From assembly GCA_965240325.2 (NCBI GenBank), contig OZ251229.1:744001-808000 (forward strand): 64,000 bases of DNA, given 5' to 3'. Shown in pieces: positions 21,617 through 32,320 of this stretch (the first letter of the stretch is position 1; each line of letters begins with the position of its first letter). The notes beneath the pieces are model-generated. The model worked only from the letters and a program-made list of their open reading frames with translations. It searched no databases and had not been told where the DNA came from. The DNA comes from Rebecca billardiae RCC1528 (lineage: Eukaryota; Protista; Haptophyta). Both the position numbers and the translations under genes were made by a program.

Positions 21617-24598
21617 CTAGGGCGTGCTCAGCTGCGCGCCGCCGCCGCCGCCGCTGCATCGACTCGACACGGTCGTGTAGCCGCCGGCGCCGGCGCCGGC
21701 CGCAGGCGACGGTGAGTACGCGAGCCCAGCGGCCGACGCGGCGACGGGCGAGGTGCGCGAGGCGCGCGCGCCCGCGGGCGAAGCGGGCGCGCCGGCAGAG
21801 TCCACGCGTGAGCTCGTCGGCCGCGCCCGCCCCCCGCGTTGGCCGGGCGGGTAGAGCTGGTAGCCGCTGCCGCTCGTGTGCGCCTGCGTGTGCGTCCACG
21901 TGCGCGTGTGCTGCGCGCTCGCCTGCCGGCCGTGCTGCTCCCAGGAGGTGGTGCGGCGCGGCGAGGTGTAGCTGCGCGCGGCGTGGCGCGCGGTCGAGGC
22001 GTGCGTGCGCGGCGGCGTGGTCTCGGACCACAGCGCGTGCGCGCGCACGGTCTCGGGCGAGTGCGGCCACGGCGGCGAGCCGGCGCGCTGCCGGTGGCGC
22101 GGCGACAGCGGGTTGCGCGGAGAGTTGGGCGGCGCGGCGAGCGAGATCATCACGGGGAACGGGCTGCCGGCGATGTGCTCCGAGTGGAGGGTGACCTCGA
22201 TGTGGTACTTGCCCGTGACGGGCGTGGTGTACTCCACGCCGTACGAGCCGTCGCCGCGGTCCTCGAACGTGTGCACGTTGCCGTAGTGCCCGTGCGAGCG
22301 CGGCACGACGCTCACCGCAAACGGGTGGCCTCCGTACGTGAGCCGATTGCCGAGCGTGTCGCGCGCGACGATGGTGAAGGCACCGACGCCGCCGAGGAGG
22401 CCGACGCCCTCGAGCCCGGCGCCGTGCGCGGCGGAGTGGCGCGCCGAGGCGGGGCCCGGCGCGACCACGAACTCGAACGGCGAGCCCACGATGTCCCCGC
22501 CCGCCGCGGGCATCGAGACGCGCACCGAGTGCGCGCCGAGGGCGCGCGGGCAGAAGCGCAGCTCGTACCGACCATCGCCCCAGTCGTGCAGCAGCACGGC
22601 CTCGGAGGAGGCGGAGCACGCCGCGGCGAACTCGTCGCCGCCGCGGCGCGTGGGGTTGCCGTGCGCGTCGCGCGCGATCACGAGGAACGCCACCCACTCG
22701 TTCGCGAGCAGCGTCTCGCCCGCGAGCCGCGTGCCGTCCTCCGCGGCCGTGCGCCGAGCGCTCGCGCGGCCAGGCTCGACGAGCACGCGCGCGGGCGCGC
22801 CGCCGACAACGTCGCCGTCGAGCTGCGCGTGGATGGACCAGACGCCGGCGCGCTCGCAGCTCCACGTGAGCGCGTACGTCCCGTCGTCGCGGTCGACCGC
22901 CTCGACGCTCGCCACCTCGCCCCCGCCGCCGTCGGCGGGCACGGCGACCAGCTCGGCGCGCGCGCCGCCGCGCTCGCACCGGTTGCCGCCCTTGTCGCAC
23001 GCTTCGATCACCCACGTCTGTGGCTCGCCGGCGACGGCGCGCCACGCGGCGTGCTGCAGCAGCGACTTGGCGGCGCTGGGCGGCCCCGCGCGCACGTGCA
23101 CGCGGAACGGCGAGCCCTGCACCGCGCGCCCGCCCAGCGACACGTGCACGAGCGCCGTGCCGGCCGCGCTCGGCACGACCTGGCAGTGGATGCGCTCCGC
23201 CTCCGCGCGCGCGTACACGCGCGCAGACGGGTCGGGCGCGCCGTGCTCGTCGGTGACGTGCACCTCGAGCTCGCCGACGACGTCCTCCGCGGGCTTCCAG
23301 TTGCCCTCCGCGTCGGCCGGCGCGATGTACAGCGTGTTCATCTCCCCCGCCACGCACTCGTCCAGCGCGCCGCCGTACGCGCCCGACGCCTCGGGCTCGA
23401 GCCGGCCTGGCGTGACGCTCAGCTCAAACGGAGAGCCACGGATGGCGTGCGCGCCGCCCGCGAGGATGTGCACGTCGTACACGCCGGCGCGGCGCGGGGT
23501 GAAGCCGACGCGGTACGTGCCGTCGCCATCGTCGTACACTGCCGCGAGCACCTCGTCGCCCTCCTCCGCCGCCTCCCCCTCCGAGCGCCGCCGCACGACG
23601 CGCGCGACAAAGTCGTCGCCGCCGCGCTCGCGCTGGTTGCCGTTCGCGTCGCGCGCCTTCACGGCGAACGAGACGTGCTCGCCGGCGGCGGGGCGGAGGC
23701 TGGCGAGCTCCTCGGCGGTGCTGGCGAAGGGCAGCGTCGTGCTCGACACGACGAGGCACAGCATCGGCTCGCCGCCCACCAGCGTCCCGTCGAGCGTCAC
23801 CGACGCGTCGTACGCGCCCGCGCGGTCGGCCGTGTAGCGCACGCTGTACGCGCCGTTGCCGTGGTCAAGCACGTCGCACTCGACGCGCGCGTCGGCGCGG
23901 CCGCGCGCGTGCGCGTCGGAGAGCGTGTCCACGCGCGCGTCGAAGCGCACCGCCACGCGGTCCCCGCCGCGCTCCACGCGGTTCCCGAAGCGGTCGCGCG
24001 CGAGGAGAGTGAACGAGGACGGCAGGCCGGCGACCGCGGACGACACGTGTCGCCCGTGCGGCCCGCCGTCGTCCGAGCCGACGAGCTCGGAGGCGGCGGC
24101 GACGGGCGCGCCCGCGCGCACGCGCAGCGCGAACGGGCTCCCCGAGATGTGCCCGCCCTCCACCGTGATCGCCAGCAGGTACTCGCCCGCGTTGTACAGC
24201 GGCCCAAAGCTGAGCGGCACGCGCGCCGCCTGCCACTCCTCAAACAGCACCTCCGCCTCGCTGACGGGGAGCGCGGCGGGGCCCGCGTCGCGGGGCAGGA
24301 CCTGCGCGTTCGCGTACGTGCGCACGTTCCGGTAGTTCGCGGGGAGCGCGGCGTGCGCGTGCAGCAGCACCGAGCCGGTCTCGCCCGCGTCGACCGCGCT
24401 CAGGTTGGGGCCGGACGCATGGCACCGCTTCGCGCGGCCCAGCCAGCGCCATGGCTCGTCGCCGCCACGCTGGCGGTGGTGGACGGCGTCGAGGAGCGTA
24501 CGCTCTGGCGAGGCCGGCCTAGGCGAGCCGCCCGCCGTGCGCCCGCCCGAGGTGGGGCTGCGAGGCCGCGACGGGCTCGGCGACGCGAAGGAGAGCAT
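21617..24598 (-). CDS. Filamin/ABP280 Ig-repeat protein (about 7 repeats, no CH actin-binding domain seen)
   Basis: Repeated ARDxxGN...GGD, DxGDGTY and HIxGSPF motifs. ATG at 24598 (MLSFASP). Confidence 0.9.
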   Translation of the reverse strand: MLSFASPSPSRPRSPTSGGRTAGGSPRPASPERTLLDAVHHRQRGGDEPWRWLGRAKRCHASGPNLSAVDAGETGSVLLHAHAALPANYRNVRTYANAQVLPRDAGPAALPVSEAEVLFEEWQAARVPLSFGPLYNAGEYLLAITVEGGHISGSPFALRVRAGAPVAAASELVGSDDGGPHGRHVSSAVAGLPSSFTLLARDRFGNRVERGGDRVAVRFDARVDTLSDAHARGRADARVECDVLDHGNGAYSVRYTADRAGAYDASVTLDGTLVGGEPMLCLVVSSTTLPFASTAEELASLRPAAGEHVSFAVKARDANGNQRERGGDDFVARVVRRRSEGEAAEEGDEVLAAVYDDGDGTYRVGFTPRRAGVYDVHILAGGAHAIRGSPFELSVTPGRLEPEASGAYGGALDECVAGEMNTLYIAPADAEGNWKPAEDVVGELEVHVTDEHGAPDPSARVYARAEAERIHCQVVPSAAGTALVHVSLGGRAVQGSPFRVHVRAGPPSAAKSLLQHAAWRAVAGEPQTWVIEACDKGGNRCERGGARAELVAVPADGGGGEVASVEAVDRDDGTYALTWSCERAGVWSIHAQLDGDVVGGAPARVLVEPGRASARRTAAEDGTRLAGETLLANEWVAFLVIARDAHGNPTRRGGDEFAAACSASSEAVLLHDWGDGRYELRFCPRALGAHSVRVSMPAAGGDIVGSPFEFVVAPGPASARHSAAHGAGLEGVGLLGGVGAFTIVARDTLGNRLTYGGHPFAVSVVPRSHGHYGNVHTFEDRGDGSYGVEYTTPVTGKYHIEVTLHSEHIAGSPFPVMISLAAPPNSPRNPLSPRHRQRAGSPPWPHSPETVRAHALWSETTPPRTHASTARHAARSYTSPRRTTSWEQHGRQASAQHTRTWTHTQAHTSGSGYQLYPPGQRGGRARPTSSRVDSAGAPASPAGARASRTSPVAASAAGLAYSPSPAAGAGAGGYTTVSSRCSGGGGGAQLSTP

Positions 24599-24895
24599 CG
24601 ATGAGATACCACGCGACGAAGTGGCCGTCAAGTGGCGCGAAGTTTTGCGCGGGCACCGGACCGGCGAAGTCTGTTTCATTCCGGTAGAAATCGACAAATC
24701 CGGCCGTGCTTTTGATGCCGGAACAAACTGAAAACGATGAAGGACTACCGGCCAGGACGCGAATAATGAAATTGAAAGGGGGCTGATGACGCGCGAAATT
24801 CTATCCGCGGAGTCGCGGCGGACAAGGTTCCATAACAGTGTCGCCGGTGACCGGTGTCGATTCCATCGTCGCCGGTGCCACCGATTCATCATCAG

Positions 24896-25738
24896 TCAAG
24901 TCAGCCACTCAGCCATCACCACAGTTACATTCGGCGGCGGCGCCGACACGACGCTGGCTGTGACCAGCGGCAGCAGCTGCGGCGATTGCGGCCGCGCTGC
25001 TCGGATGACGTCCAAAGTGGCTGTGCTGCTGGTGAGCGTCCGCTGTCGCGTCGCAGCGCTCGATGCGTTGGTGCTCGTGCCTTGCTCCAGCGCGCGCTTG
25101 TGCACACCACTCAGAAGAAACTCCATGCTGGCCAGCTTGTGCTCAGAGCACCAGCTGGCGCTCGAGTCGCCCGGCATGCCGAACGATGGCCGCGCGGCGC
25201 AGCCGGTGTGACGACACTTGCGGGTCTTTACGTCGACCATGCCGGCCAGCTTGTGCGCAGCGCACCAGCCGGCGCGGGAGTCGCCCGGCATGCCGATCAT
25301 GGGCGCGGGGGCGTGTGGGCCATGCGTCGTGCCTGCGCTGCGCGGGCCACTCGTCACGGTCTCCTGCTCTGCACCGGCTCCGTGTGGGCGAGCATCCGCC
25401 TGCTCGCCCGCACACTGCAGCGGTGCAACGCGGTTGGAGCTCTCGGCAGCGGAGAGGAACTCGGTGATGCGCGCCGTGGAGTCGCCGCCTCCCGCGCCGT
25501 TCCCGTCGCCTTGCGGGAGCGCTTGGATCGACTTGACGTACAAGCCGACAGTGGCTCCGCTCACACCGTGCCGGCGAGCAGCAATGACGTTCGAGATGTA
25601 GTCTCCGCGGATGACACCCATGGCCGCCGCGACAGCGTTAAATCTCTTCTCGGAATACCGATACACCGCGTCGACGTGCGCGAGGCGCAGAAGCATATCA
25701 TCCACAGCGCGCCGCTCGTCGCCGCTCAGCTCGCCCAT
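24896..25738 (-). CDS. Chimeric protein: unique N-terminus + ~1.5 EsV-1-7-type Cys/His repeats + tail shared with the 30510-31676 gene
   Basis: [53 protein letters not shown]; the C-terminus is nearly identical to that of 30510-31676. Confidence 0.65.
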   Translation of the reverse strand: MGELSGDERRAVDDMLLRLAHVDAVYRYSEKRFNAVAAAMGVIRGDYISNVIAARRHGVSGATVGLYVKSIQALPQGDGNGAGGGDSTARITEFLSAAESSNRVAPLQCAGEQADARPHGAGAEQETVTSGPRSAGTTHGPHAPAPMIGMPGDSRAGWCAAHKLAGMVDVKTRKCRHTGCAARPSFGMPGDSSASWCSEHKLASMEFLLSGVHKRALEQGTSTNASSAATRQRTLTSSTATLDVIRAARPQSPQLLPLVTASVVSAPPPNVTVVMAEWLT

Positions 25739-25953
25739 GGGCGCACCGCCGAGCAGCGTCGACACCGGTGTTCCACCCCGCCGCCGGGGGAGCCGTCCAG
25801 CTTGTGGCGCGAAGAATTTGCGCGGGCACCGAGTGAGCTCCGCTGAATGTTCGTCGCGCGCCGCCATTACGCATGTCCGGGCCAGGAAAGAGGTGTCGAG
25901 TTTCCCACGATGGATTCCAACTCACGAGCTCACTGCTTCCCTCGCGCCAAGAA

Positions 25954-28394
25954 TACCCGTACGCCCCCTGTGGTTCCATGTGGTTCCAGGCACTTTGCGG
26001 CCTCGCCGCGGACGCTGCGGAGGGCCGGAGGCGAGATGCGCGGCGGTGCACATCGTGCCCCCGAGCGGACCGCCTAGCCCCAGCCGGGCGTCGCTCGATT
26101 CGTCCATCGCGGCGAGTGCCGAGCCGCCGCGCGAGGGGCGGGTCGAGGGGGGGGCGCCTGGTACATTGACGCCATCGTTTTGGACCGATTCTTTTTTTTC
26201 CGGGCGGTGCTCCCGGTGAAAAAGCAAGCAGGGGAGAATTCCGTCGGAGCAGTTTTATTTTGGGGCTTTTTACGCGTTTTGGCCGTATATTGTTTGCGTG
26301 CTGCTGCTGCTCACTGTCATGAATGCGTCGGCGATCAGACCGTCACTCATCGTCGCAGCGTGTACCAGTGGCGGTGGCGGAGCAGCGGACGATGCCGCAT
26401 TGACGGGCGGCTGCCACGCGCACGAAGCGGCCGGTGACTACTTCTGATGCAGCGCACTGACACGCGTTGCACTGATATTGATGCGACCGGTCGTCGATCA
26501 CCCGGGCGGACGACCGTCTTGCCGTCCTGCTTCTCCTGATGAGACAGCAGTCGCGCGCAGCCGCGATCGCGCCGCGGGAGACAGGTGGCGTTATCAAAAC
26601 AACGCCTCGCCTCGCCGGTGGTCGCACGCCGCGCGCGCGCGCGCGCCGCACCTCGACCACCTTCTGCGTCGCCCGCCAGTTCGTCGCCGCCACCACCGTC
26701 GACAGAATGGGCAACGTGAGTATGAAGCGGAGCAGCGCAACGCCGAGAGCGCCGACTCCGTCCAGCGCCACGCCCACGAGCTTGCCCCGGCGCGTGACGA
26801 AGCCGTGTCCGGCTAGGTGCGCGCACAGCTCGCGGCTCGGCCATGGGGCCGCCTCGCTCGCGTGCCAGCTCCCGTCCTCGCGCTGTCGCGCCCTCTTCTT
26901 CTTCACCGCTGCAATCTTGTCCTGTCGCCTCAGATCGCGCGCGCGGAGAGCCGCTGGCTGCACGGGCTCGCCACTCGCAGCGCCGACGCGCTGCAGCTCG
27001 TCCTGCATCTCACCCATGTCGAGCTCGACCCAGGCACCTGTCACTGGCTCGTGCCCGCGCTGCGCCGAGGTTGCCAGGCTCCGCCGCGCCCAGAGCATCA
27101 CGCCGGTGGGCGCTCGCTGCGCTGCCACCTGCTGCCCTGCCGCAGCGGCGGCCGCCGCCGCCGTCGGCTGCGCGCTCGGCTCGGCTCGTCAAGCCAGCGC
27201 GCACCGACCTTGCCCTTGTGCAGGGCAGCAGCGACTGCGGGCCCGTGCATGACAAGCGCCGTTGCGTCGGCCCAATCCGACACATCACAGCCTGCCTCGC
27301 AGCGGCTCTGCATCTCGAACGTGACCATGGATCTCGGGCTCATCACCGGCTTGCCCTTGGTCCACTCCTGCCAGTCCTCCTCCTTGAAGCGACGGGCCAT
27401 CGCCGCGGGGTCAGCGCACATCTGCACCCTCGCTGGCAGCAGCCGCTCTGCGGCGGCCAGCTCGAGCGCGAGACGGCGGAAGTCGTACGAGTCGCCGCCG
27501 TGCGCACACAGAATGCCATCAGACCCGGTGTCCGTGATGATCTCCTTCATCCAATCCAGCAGACCGTCCACCTCCGATGCGAAGTCCGGCTTGGTCGCCA
27601 CGGCCTCGGCCGTGAGCGCATGCCACTCCGGGTCAGGTGCGATGGGCACTCCCGCCGTGTTGAACTTGCCCGCCCACGCACCCACCTTGATCGGCTCCAG
27701 CTCGGCCTCAGCATCTTCATCTGGCCCCGGAAGTGTGTTGATGCTGGCGACGATATGGAGCTCGACCAGCCGATGCCTGGCTGCACCGGCGCTCCCTCCC
27801 GCACGCGCCGTGGTGCCGATCGCGCGGAGAGAGAAGTACACACACTCCTGCTTCGCGTCCGGCTTCACCGTTCCGCCCTCGCGCGACACAGGGACGCGCG
27901 CCGGCTCGGCCGCGAGTGCTGCTCGGCCGCGAGTGCTACTCAGCCGCGAGTGCTGCAGCCGGCAGAGTCAGGCCACCATCGGCGTCCTCCTCTGCGTCCT
28001 CGGCAACGACCATAGGCTCGGCAGCGTCGACGAACATGTGCTCGCCACTTTCTGGCGCATCACCCTGAGCGCGCGCCATGTTCGCCTCCTCGACGCCGCA
28101 TGTTCGTCATGCGAGCCGCAAGGCGGAGCGACGGGATCATCATGATGCTCGTCCGCATCCATGTAGCCGGACACGTACGTGTTCTCCGCCTCGGGCTCCC
28201 CGGAACGATCGAGCACGTCGGACTCGTCGTCGTCAATCCCGCCGCCGCCAGCCGACGACGGACTCAGCTAACCCGCCGCCGCGTGACCGCCGCCACCCAG
28301 CCATCGACCGACACGTGCGAACAAGGTGCGCCATGATGCTCGTTCCCGCCCTCCGCCCGAAAAACGACCAACGTTTCCACGGAGCCTACGGATA
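25954..28394 (-). mobile_element. Degenerate TIR element (piggyBac-like relic)
   Basis: Imperfect inverted ends TACCCGTACGCCCCCTGTGG (25954) versus rc TATCCGTAGGCTCCGTGG (28377-28394), plus a subterminal GCGGAGGGCNGGA match. It encloses a disrupted gene. Confidence 0.45.
26650..28334 (-). pseudogene. Frameshifted gene: acidic N-terminus, DEDDh-exonuclease-like domain, start of a piggyBac-like transposase
   Basis: VYFSLRAIG..LVEL..FASEVDGLLDW..LCAHGGDSYDF resembles DEDD ExoI/ExoII with the acidic residues lost. LLRFILTLPILSTVVAATNWRATQ resembles the piggyBac FxLFF...IVxxTNxYA motif. A 17-bp triplication near 27905-27955 breaks the frame. Confidence 0.5.
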
Positions 28395-28535
28395 CCGGAC
28401 CTGGCCGATACTCGCCGACGTGTGCGGCAGTGTGGCAAGCCCTCTGCAGCTCGTCACCACGCGCGCCCGTCCGGGTGACGCTGCCGGGCGACACGCGCGC
28501 CAGCCGGTGCGCTCGCTACGCACAAGCTGGCCGGA

Positions 28536-29513
28536 ATGGTCGACGTGAGGAGCCGCAAGTGTGATCACACTGGCTGCACCAAGGGGCCTTCCTTTGGCAT
28601 GCCGGGCGACGCGCGCGCCAGCCGGTGCGCTACGCACAAGCTGGCCGGCATGGTCAACGTGAAGAGCCCCAAGTGTGATCACACCGGCTGCACCAAGGTG
28701 CCTTCCTTCGGCATGCCAGGAGACGCGCGCGCCAGCCGGTGCGCTGTGCACAAGCTGGCCGGCATGGTCAACATGGGGAGACCCGAGTGTGATCACGTGG
28801 GCTGCACCAAGTGGCCTTCCTTCGGCATGCCGGGCGACGCGCGCGCCAGCCGGTGCGCTACGCACAAGCTGGCCGGCATGGTCAACGTGGTGAGCCCCAA
28901 GTGTGATCATGCGGGCTGCACCACGCAGCCTTCCTTCGGCATGCCGGGTGACGCGCGCGCCAGCCGGTGCGCTACGCACAAGCTGGCCGGCATGGTCGAC
29001 GTGAGGAGCCCCAAGTGTGATCACGCGGGCTGCACCACGCGGCCGTACTTCGGCATGCCGGGTGACGCGCGCGCCAGCCGGTGCGCTACGCACAAGCTGG
29101 CCGGCATGGTCGACGTGAGGAGCCCCAAGTGTGATCACGCGGGCTGCACCACGCGGCCTTACTTCGGCATGCCGGGTGACGCGCGCGCCAGCCGGTGCGC
29201 TACGCACAAGCTGGCCGGCATGGTATGCAGCCCGCTCGCCATCCCCAAGCGTAGGCTGGAGCATGGCACCGGCGACCAGGGCACACGCGCAGCCAAGCGA
29301 CAGCACAAACGCACCAGCCGCATTGCCACCGTCTCGGACTCCGCCCCGCAGCTGCCCGAACTGCCGCCGCTGGTTGGGAGACTCGAGAGAGGCAACGCCG
29401 GGGCGGATTGCCAAGCGCCGCCACACGACCGTGACACGGACGATGAGTCTGACCATTGGACGGTGATGGCATCCGATCTGTCATCCCCTGCTTCCGACGA
29501 TGATGATTATTAA
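28536..29513 (+). CDS. EsV-1-7-type cysteine-rich repeat protein (6 x 38 aa)
   Basis: TGTGATCA recurs every 114 bp (28560-29130); unit C-x4-C..PSFGMPG..C-x2-H KLAGMV. Confidence 0.85.
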   Translation: MVDVRSRKCDHTGCTKGPSFGMPGDARASRCATHKLAGMVNVKSPKCDHTGCTKVPSFGMPGDARASRCAVHKLAGMVNMGRPECDHVGCTKWPSFGMPGDARASRCATHKLAGMVNVVSPKCDHAGCTTQPSFGMPGDARASRCATHKLAGMVDVRSPKCDHAGCTTRPYFGMPGDARASRCATHKLAGMVDVRSPKCDHAGCTTRPYFGMPGDARASRCATHKLAGMVCSPLAIPKRRLEHGTGDQGTRAAKRQHKRTSRIATVSDSAPQLPELPPLVGRLERGNAGADCQAPPHDRDTDDESDHWTVMASDLSSPASDDDDY

Positions 29514-29529
29514 TATAATTCCGATGATG

Positions 29530-29700
<171 letters not shown>

Positions 29701-29978
29701 GCTAGCTTCATCTTTTATTCCGAGTTTTCGTCCCGGTGGCTAATAACGGTGAGCAGCGCGCGCGGGCCCGCTGGCAGCGCGGGTCACCGGGTCTCGACCG
29801 TCTCGGCCCGGCCCCGGTGCCGGTGGCCGAGTATACGTGGGGCGGTGGGGGCCCCGGGCGGGAGACTGCTGTGAGGAGCTTATTGCTGATGCTGCGCTGA
29901 TGTGATCCCGAATCCGTCTGCCGGGATATATATATATCAGGCGCGCGCTCATCCGGCGCCGAGACGATGATCCGATAT

Positions 29979-29979
<1 letters not shown>

Positions 29980-30067
<88 letters not shown>

Positions 30068-30086
30068 GGAGAGAGAGAGAGAGAGA
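29980..30086. repeat. (GA)n microsatellite
   Basis: Direct reading. Confidence 0.95.
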
Positions 30087-30509
30087 TCTATGTATATTTA
30101 ACGACCCCTGGTGTATATATATATATATATGCAACCGGCAAGCGTCATCAGGCTCAGAGTGTCATGCAGCAGACACATAGAATGCGTCCGCGCGCCTTCC
30201 GACCAGGTCAGGCAGTGCGCCAGTGCGCCACCCACAGCCCTGCCCCCCTACGGGAGGCGTTCTAGCAACCGGGCGGGGGCGGCCGCAAGGGGCGCGGGCA
30301 AATCGACAATTATTACATATATATAATATAATTATAATCCGCGGAGTCGTGGGTCGTGGCGGACATCAAGGTGGCCAAACGGTATAACCGTACTAACTAG
30401 CTAGTGTCGCCGGCGGCACTGACCGGTGTCGATTCCATCGTCGCCGGTCGTGCCACCTGTGTCAGTGTGCGGGTGTGATGACTGATGACTGCTCGTTATT
30501 CATCATCAG

Positions 30510-31676
30510 TCAAGTCAGCCACTCGGCCATCACCACAGGTACATTCGGCGGCGCCGCCGACACGACGCTGGCTGTGACCAGCGGCAGCAGCTGCGGCGAT
30601 TGCGGCCGCGCTGCTCGGATGACGTCCGAGGCAGTGGCTGTGCTGCTGGTGAGCGTCCGCTGTCGCGTCGCAGCGCTCGATGCGTTGGTGCTCGTGCCTT
30701 GCTCCAGCCCGCGCTTGTGCACACCACTCAGAAGGAACTCCATGCTGGCCAGCTTGTGCTCAGAGCACCAGCTGGCGCTCGAGTCGCCCGGCATGCCGAA
30801 CGAAGGCCGCTCGGTGCAGCCGGTGTGACGACACTTGGGGGTCTGTACGTCGACCATGCCGGCCAGCTTGTGCGCAGCGCACCAGCTGGCGCGGGAGCCG
30901 CCCGGCATGCCGAACGAAGGCTGCGTGGTGCAGCCCACGTGAGCACACTTGCGGCTCTTCACGTCGACCATGCCGGCCAGCTTGTGCGCAGCGCACCGGT
31001 TGGCGCGCGCGTCGCCCGGCATGCCGAACGACGGCACCGTGGTGCAGCCCAGATGATTACACTTGCGGATCACCCGGTGTATCATGCCGTCCAGCTTGTG
31101 CACAGCGCACCGGCTGGCACGCGCGTCGCCCGGCAGGCCGAAGTAAGGCTCCTTGGTGCAGCCTGCGTGATCACACTTGCGGTGCTTCAAGTCGACCATG
31201 CCGACCAGCTTATGCGCAGCGCACCAGCTGGCGCGCGAGTCGCCCGGCATGCCGAACGAAGGCTGCTTGGTGCAGCCCACGTAAGCACACTTGAGGCTCC
31301 TCAAGTCGACCATGCCGGCCAGCTTGTGCGCTGCGCAATGGCTGGCACGCGCGTCGCCCGGCATGCCGAAATAAGGCTCCTTGGTGCAGTCGGCGTGATC
31401 ACACTTGCGACACTTGCGTGGGTACATGCAGGGGTACATGTTGACCATGCCGGCCAGCCTGTGCATGCCGCACCGGCTGGGGCGCGCGTCGCCCGGCATG
31501 CCCCACCCATGCTGCTTGGTGCAGCCCTGATGACCACACTTGCGGCTCGCCGCGTTGATCATGCCGGCCAGCTTGTGCGCAGCGCACCGGCTGGCACTTG
31601 CGTCGCCCGGCATGCCGTACGAACACAGGTTGGTGCAGCCGGTGTGCTCACACGTGCGGTACTTCAGGTCGACCAT
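30510..31676 (-). CDS. EsV-1-7-type cysteine-rich repeat protein (8 repeats)
   Basis: Eight C-x4-C...GMPG...C-x2-H units, more diverged than those in 28536-29513. The start is uncertain because a partial repeat lies upstream. Confidence 0.85.
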   Translation of the reverse strand: MVDLKYRTCEHTGCTNLCSYGMPGDASASRCAAHKLAGMINAASRKCGHQGCTKQHGWGMPGDARPSRCGMHRLAGMVNMYPCMYPRKCRKCDHADCTKEPYFGMPGDARASHCAAHKLAGMVDLRSLKCAYVGCTKQPSFGMPGDSRASWCAAHKLVGMVDLKHRKCDHAGCTKEPYFGLPGDARASRCAVHKLDGMIHRVIRKCNHLGCTTVPSFGMPGDARANRCAAHKLAGMVDVKSRKCAHVGCTTQPSFGMPGGSRASWCAAHKLAGMVDVQTPKCRHTGCTERPSFGMPGDSSASWCSEHKLASMEFLLSGVHKRGLEQGTSTNASSAATRQRTLTSSTATASDVIRAARPQSPQLLPLVTASVVSAAPPNVPVVMAEWLT

Positions 31677-32320
31677 GCCGGCCAGCTTGTGCGCAGAGCC
31701 CCGGGGGGCACGCGCGGTGGTCGAGCGACCAGCAATTGCCCGCTTTGCGGCTTGCGCCGTTGCCGGCGCTTTTCACCCAGCACACTGACGCGGTCTCAGC
31801 GCCAGCGCGAGTGGGCACTTGGAGCCTGCGGCGGGGCGCGCAGAGAAGGGTAGGTGTCGCGAGTCACAATTCTGCCGCGCGCAACCGATGTGCCTCGGGC
31901 AGCAGTACGACCTTCGTCGGTGTAGGCTCAGAAAGCTAGCGCTGGGCGGGCACGGGGTCAGGCCTCGACCAGAGAGCTCAAAGCTTCAGCCAGTGGTGGT
32001 GCGGGTGCGTGTGAGTGCGTGGCAGTGGGCGTGGATGCGCGGTGGGTGTACCTGGATCGGTCGTCCGCGACCGGGGAGCTCCTCGGCGTCTTATGCAGAA
32101 CACGCAGGGAGGGGATGGCGGTCGCCCCCCGTGCGGGGTGAGGCGGCCCCGTGACCACACAAGCCACGAATTGCATTCAGATTTTGCCGTATGGGGGTAT
32201 TCTGTAGTCATCGTCTCCCTTCATCGGCAAGACAAGCCCAGCCGCCCATCAAAGGCAGGTGGGCCGGGCTGGCTGGCCTCCCGCGCGGGCTGCTAACGCT
32301 CCGGGCGGGGGCCGGCGGCG

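Noticed and set aside
12501-24604. Long antisense and alternate-frame ORFs (e.g. 12501-14690, 16750-19302, 21839-24604)
   Set aside because: Arg/Ala-rich shadow frames of real genes, caused by high GC at third positions; no motifs.
28536-29230. CRISPR-like array with alternating constant and variable blocks
   Set aside because: The 114-bp period is in frame and fully explained by a protein repeat.
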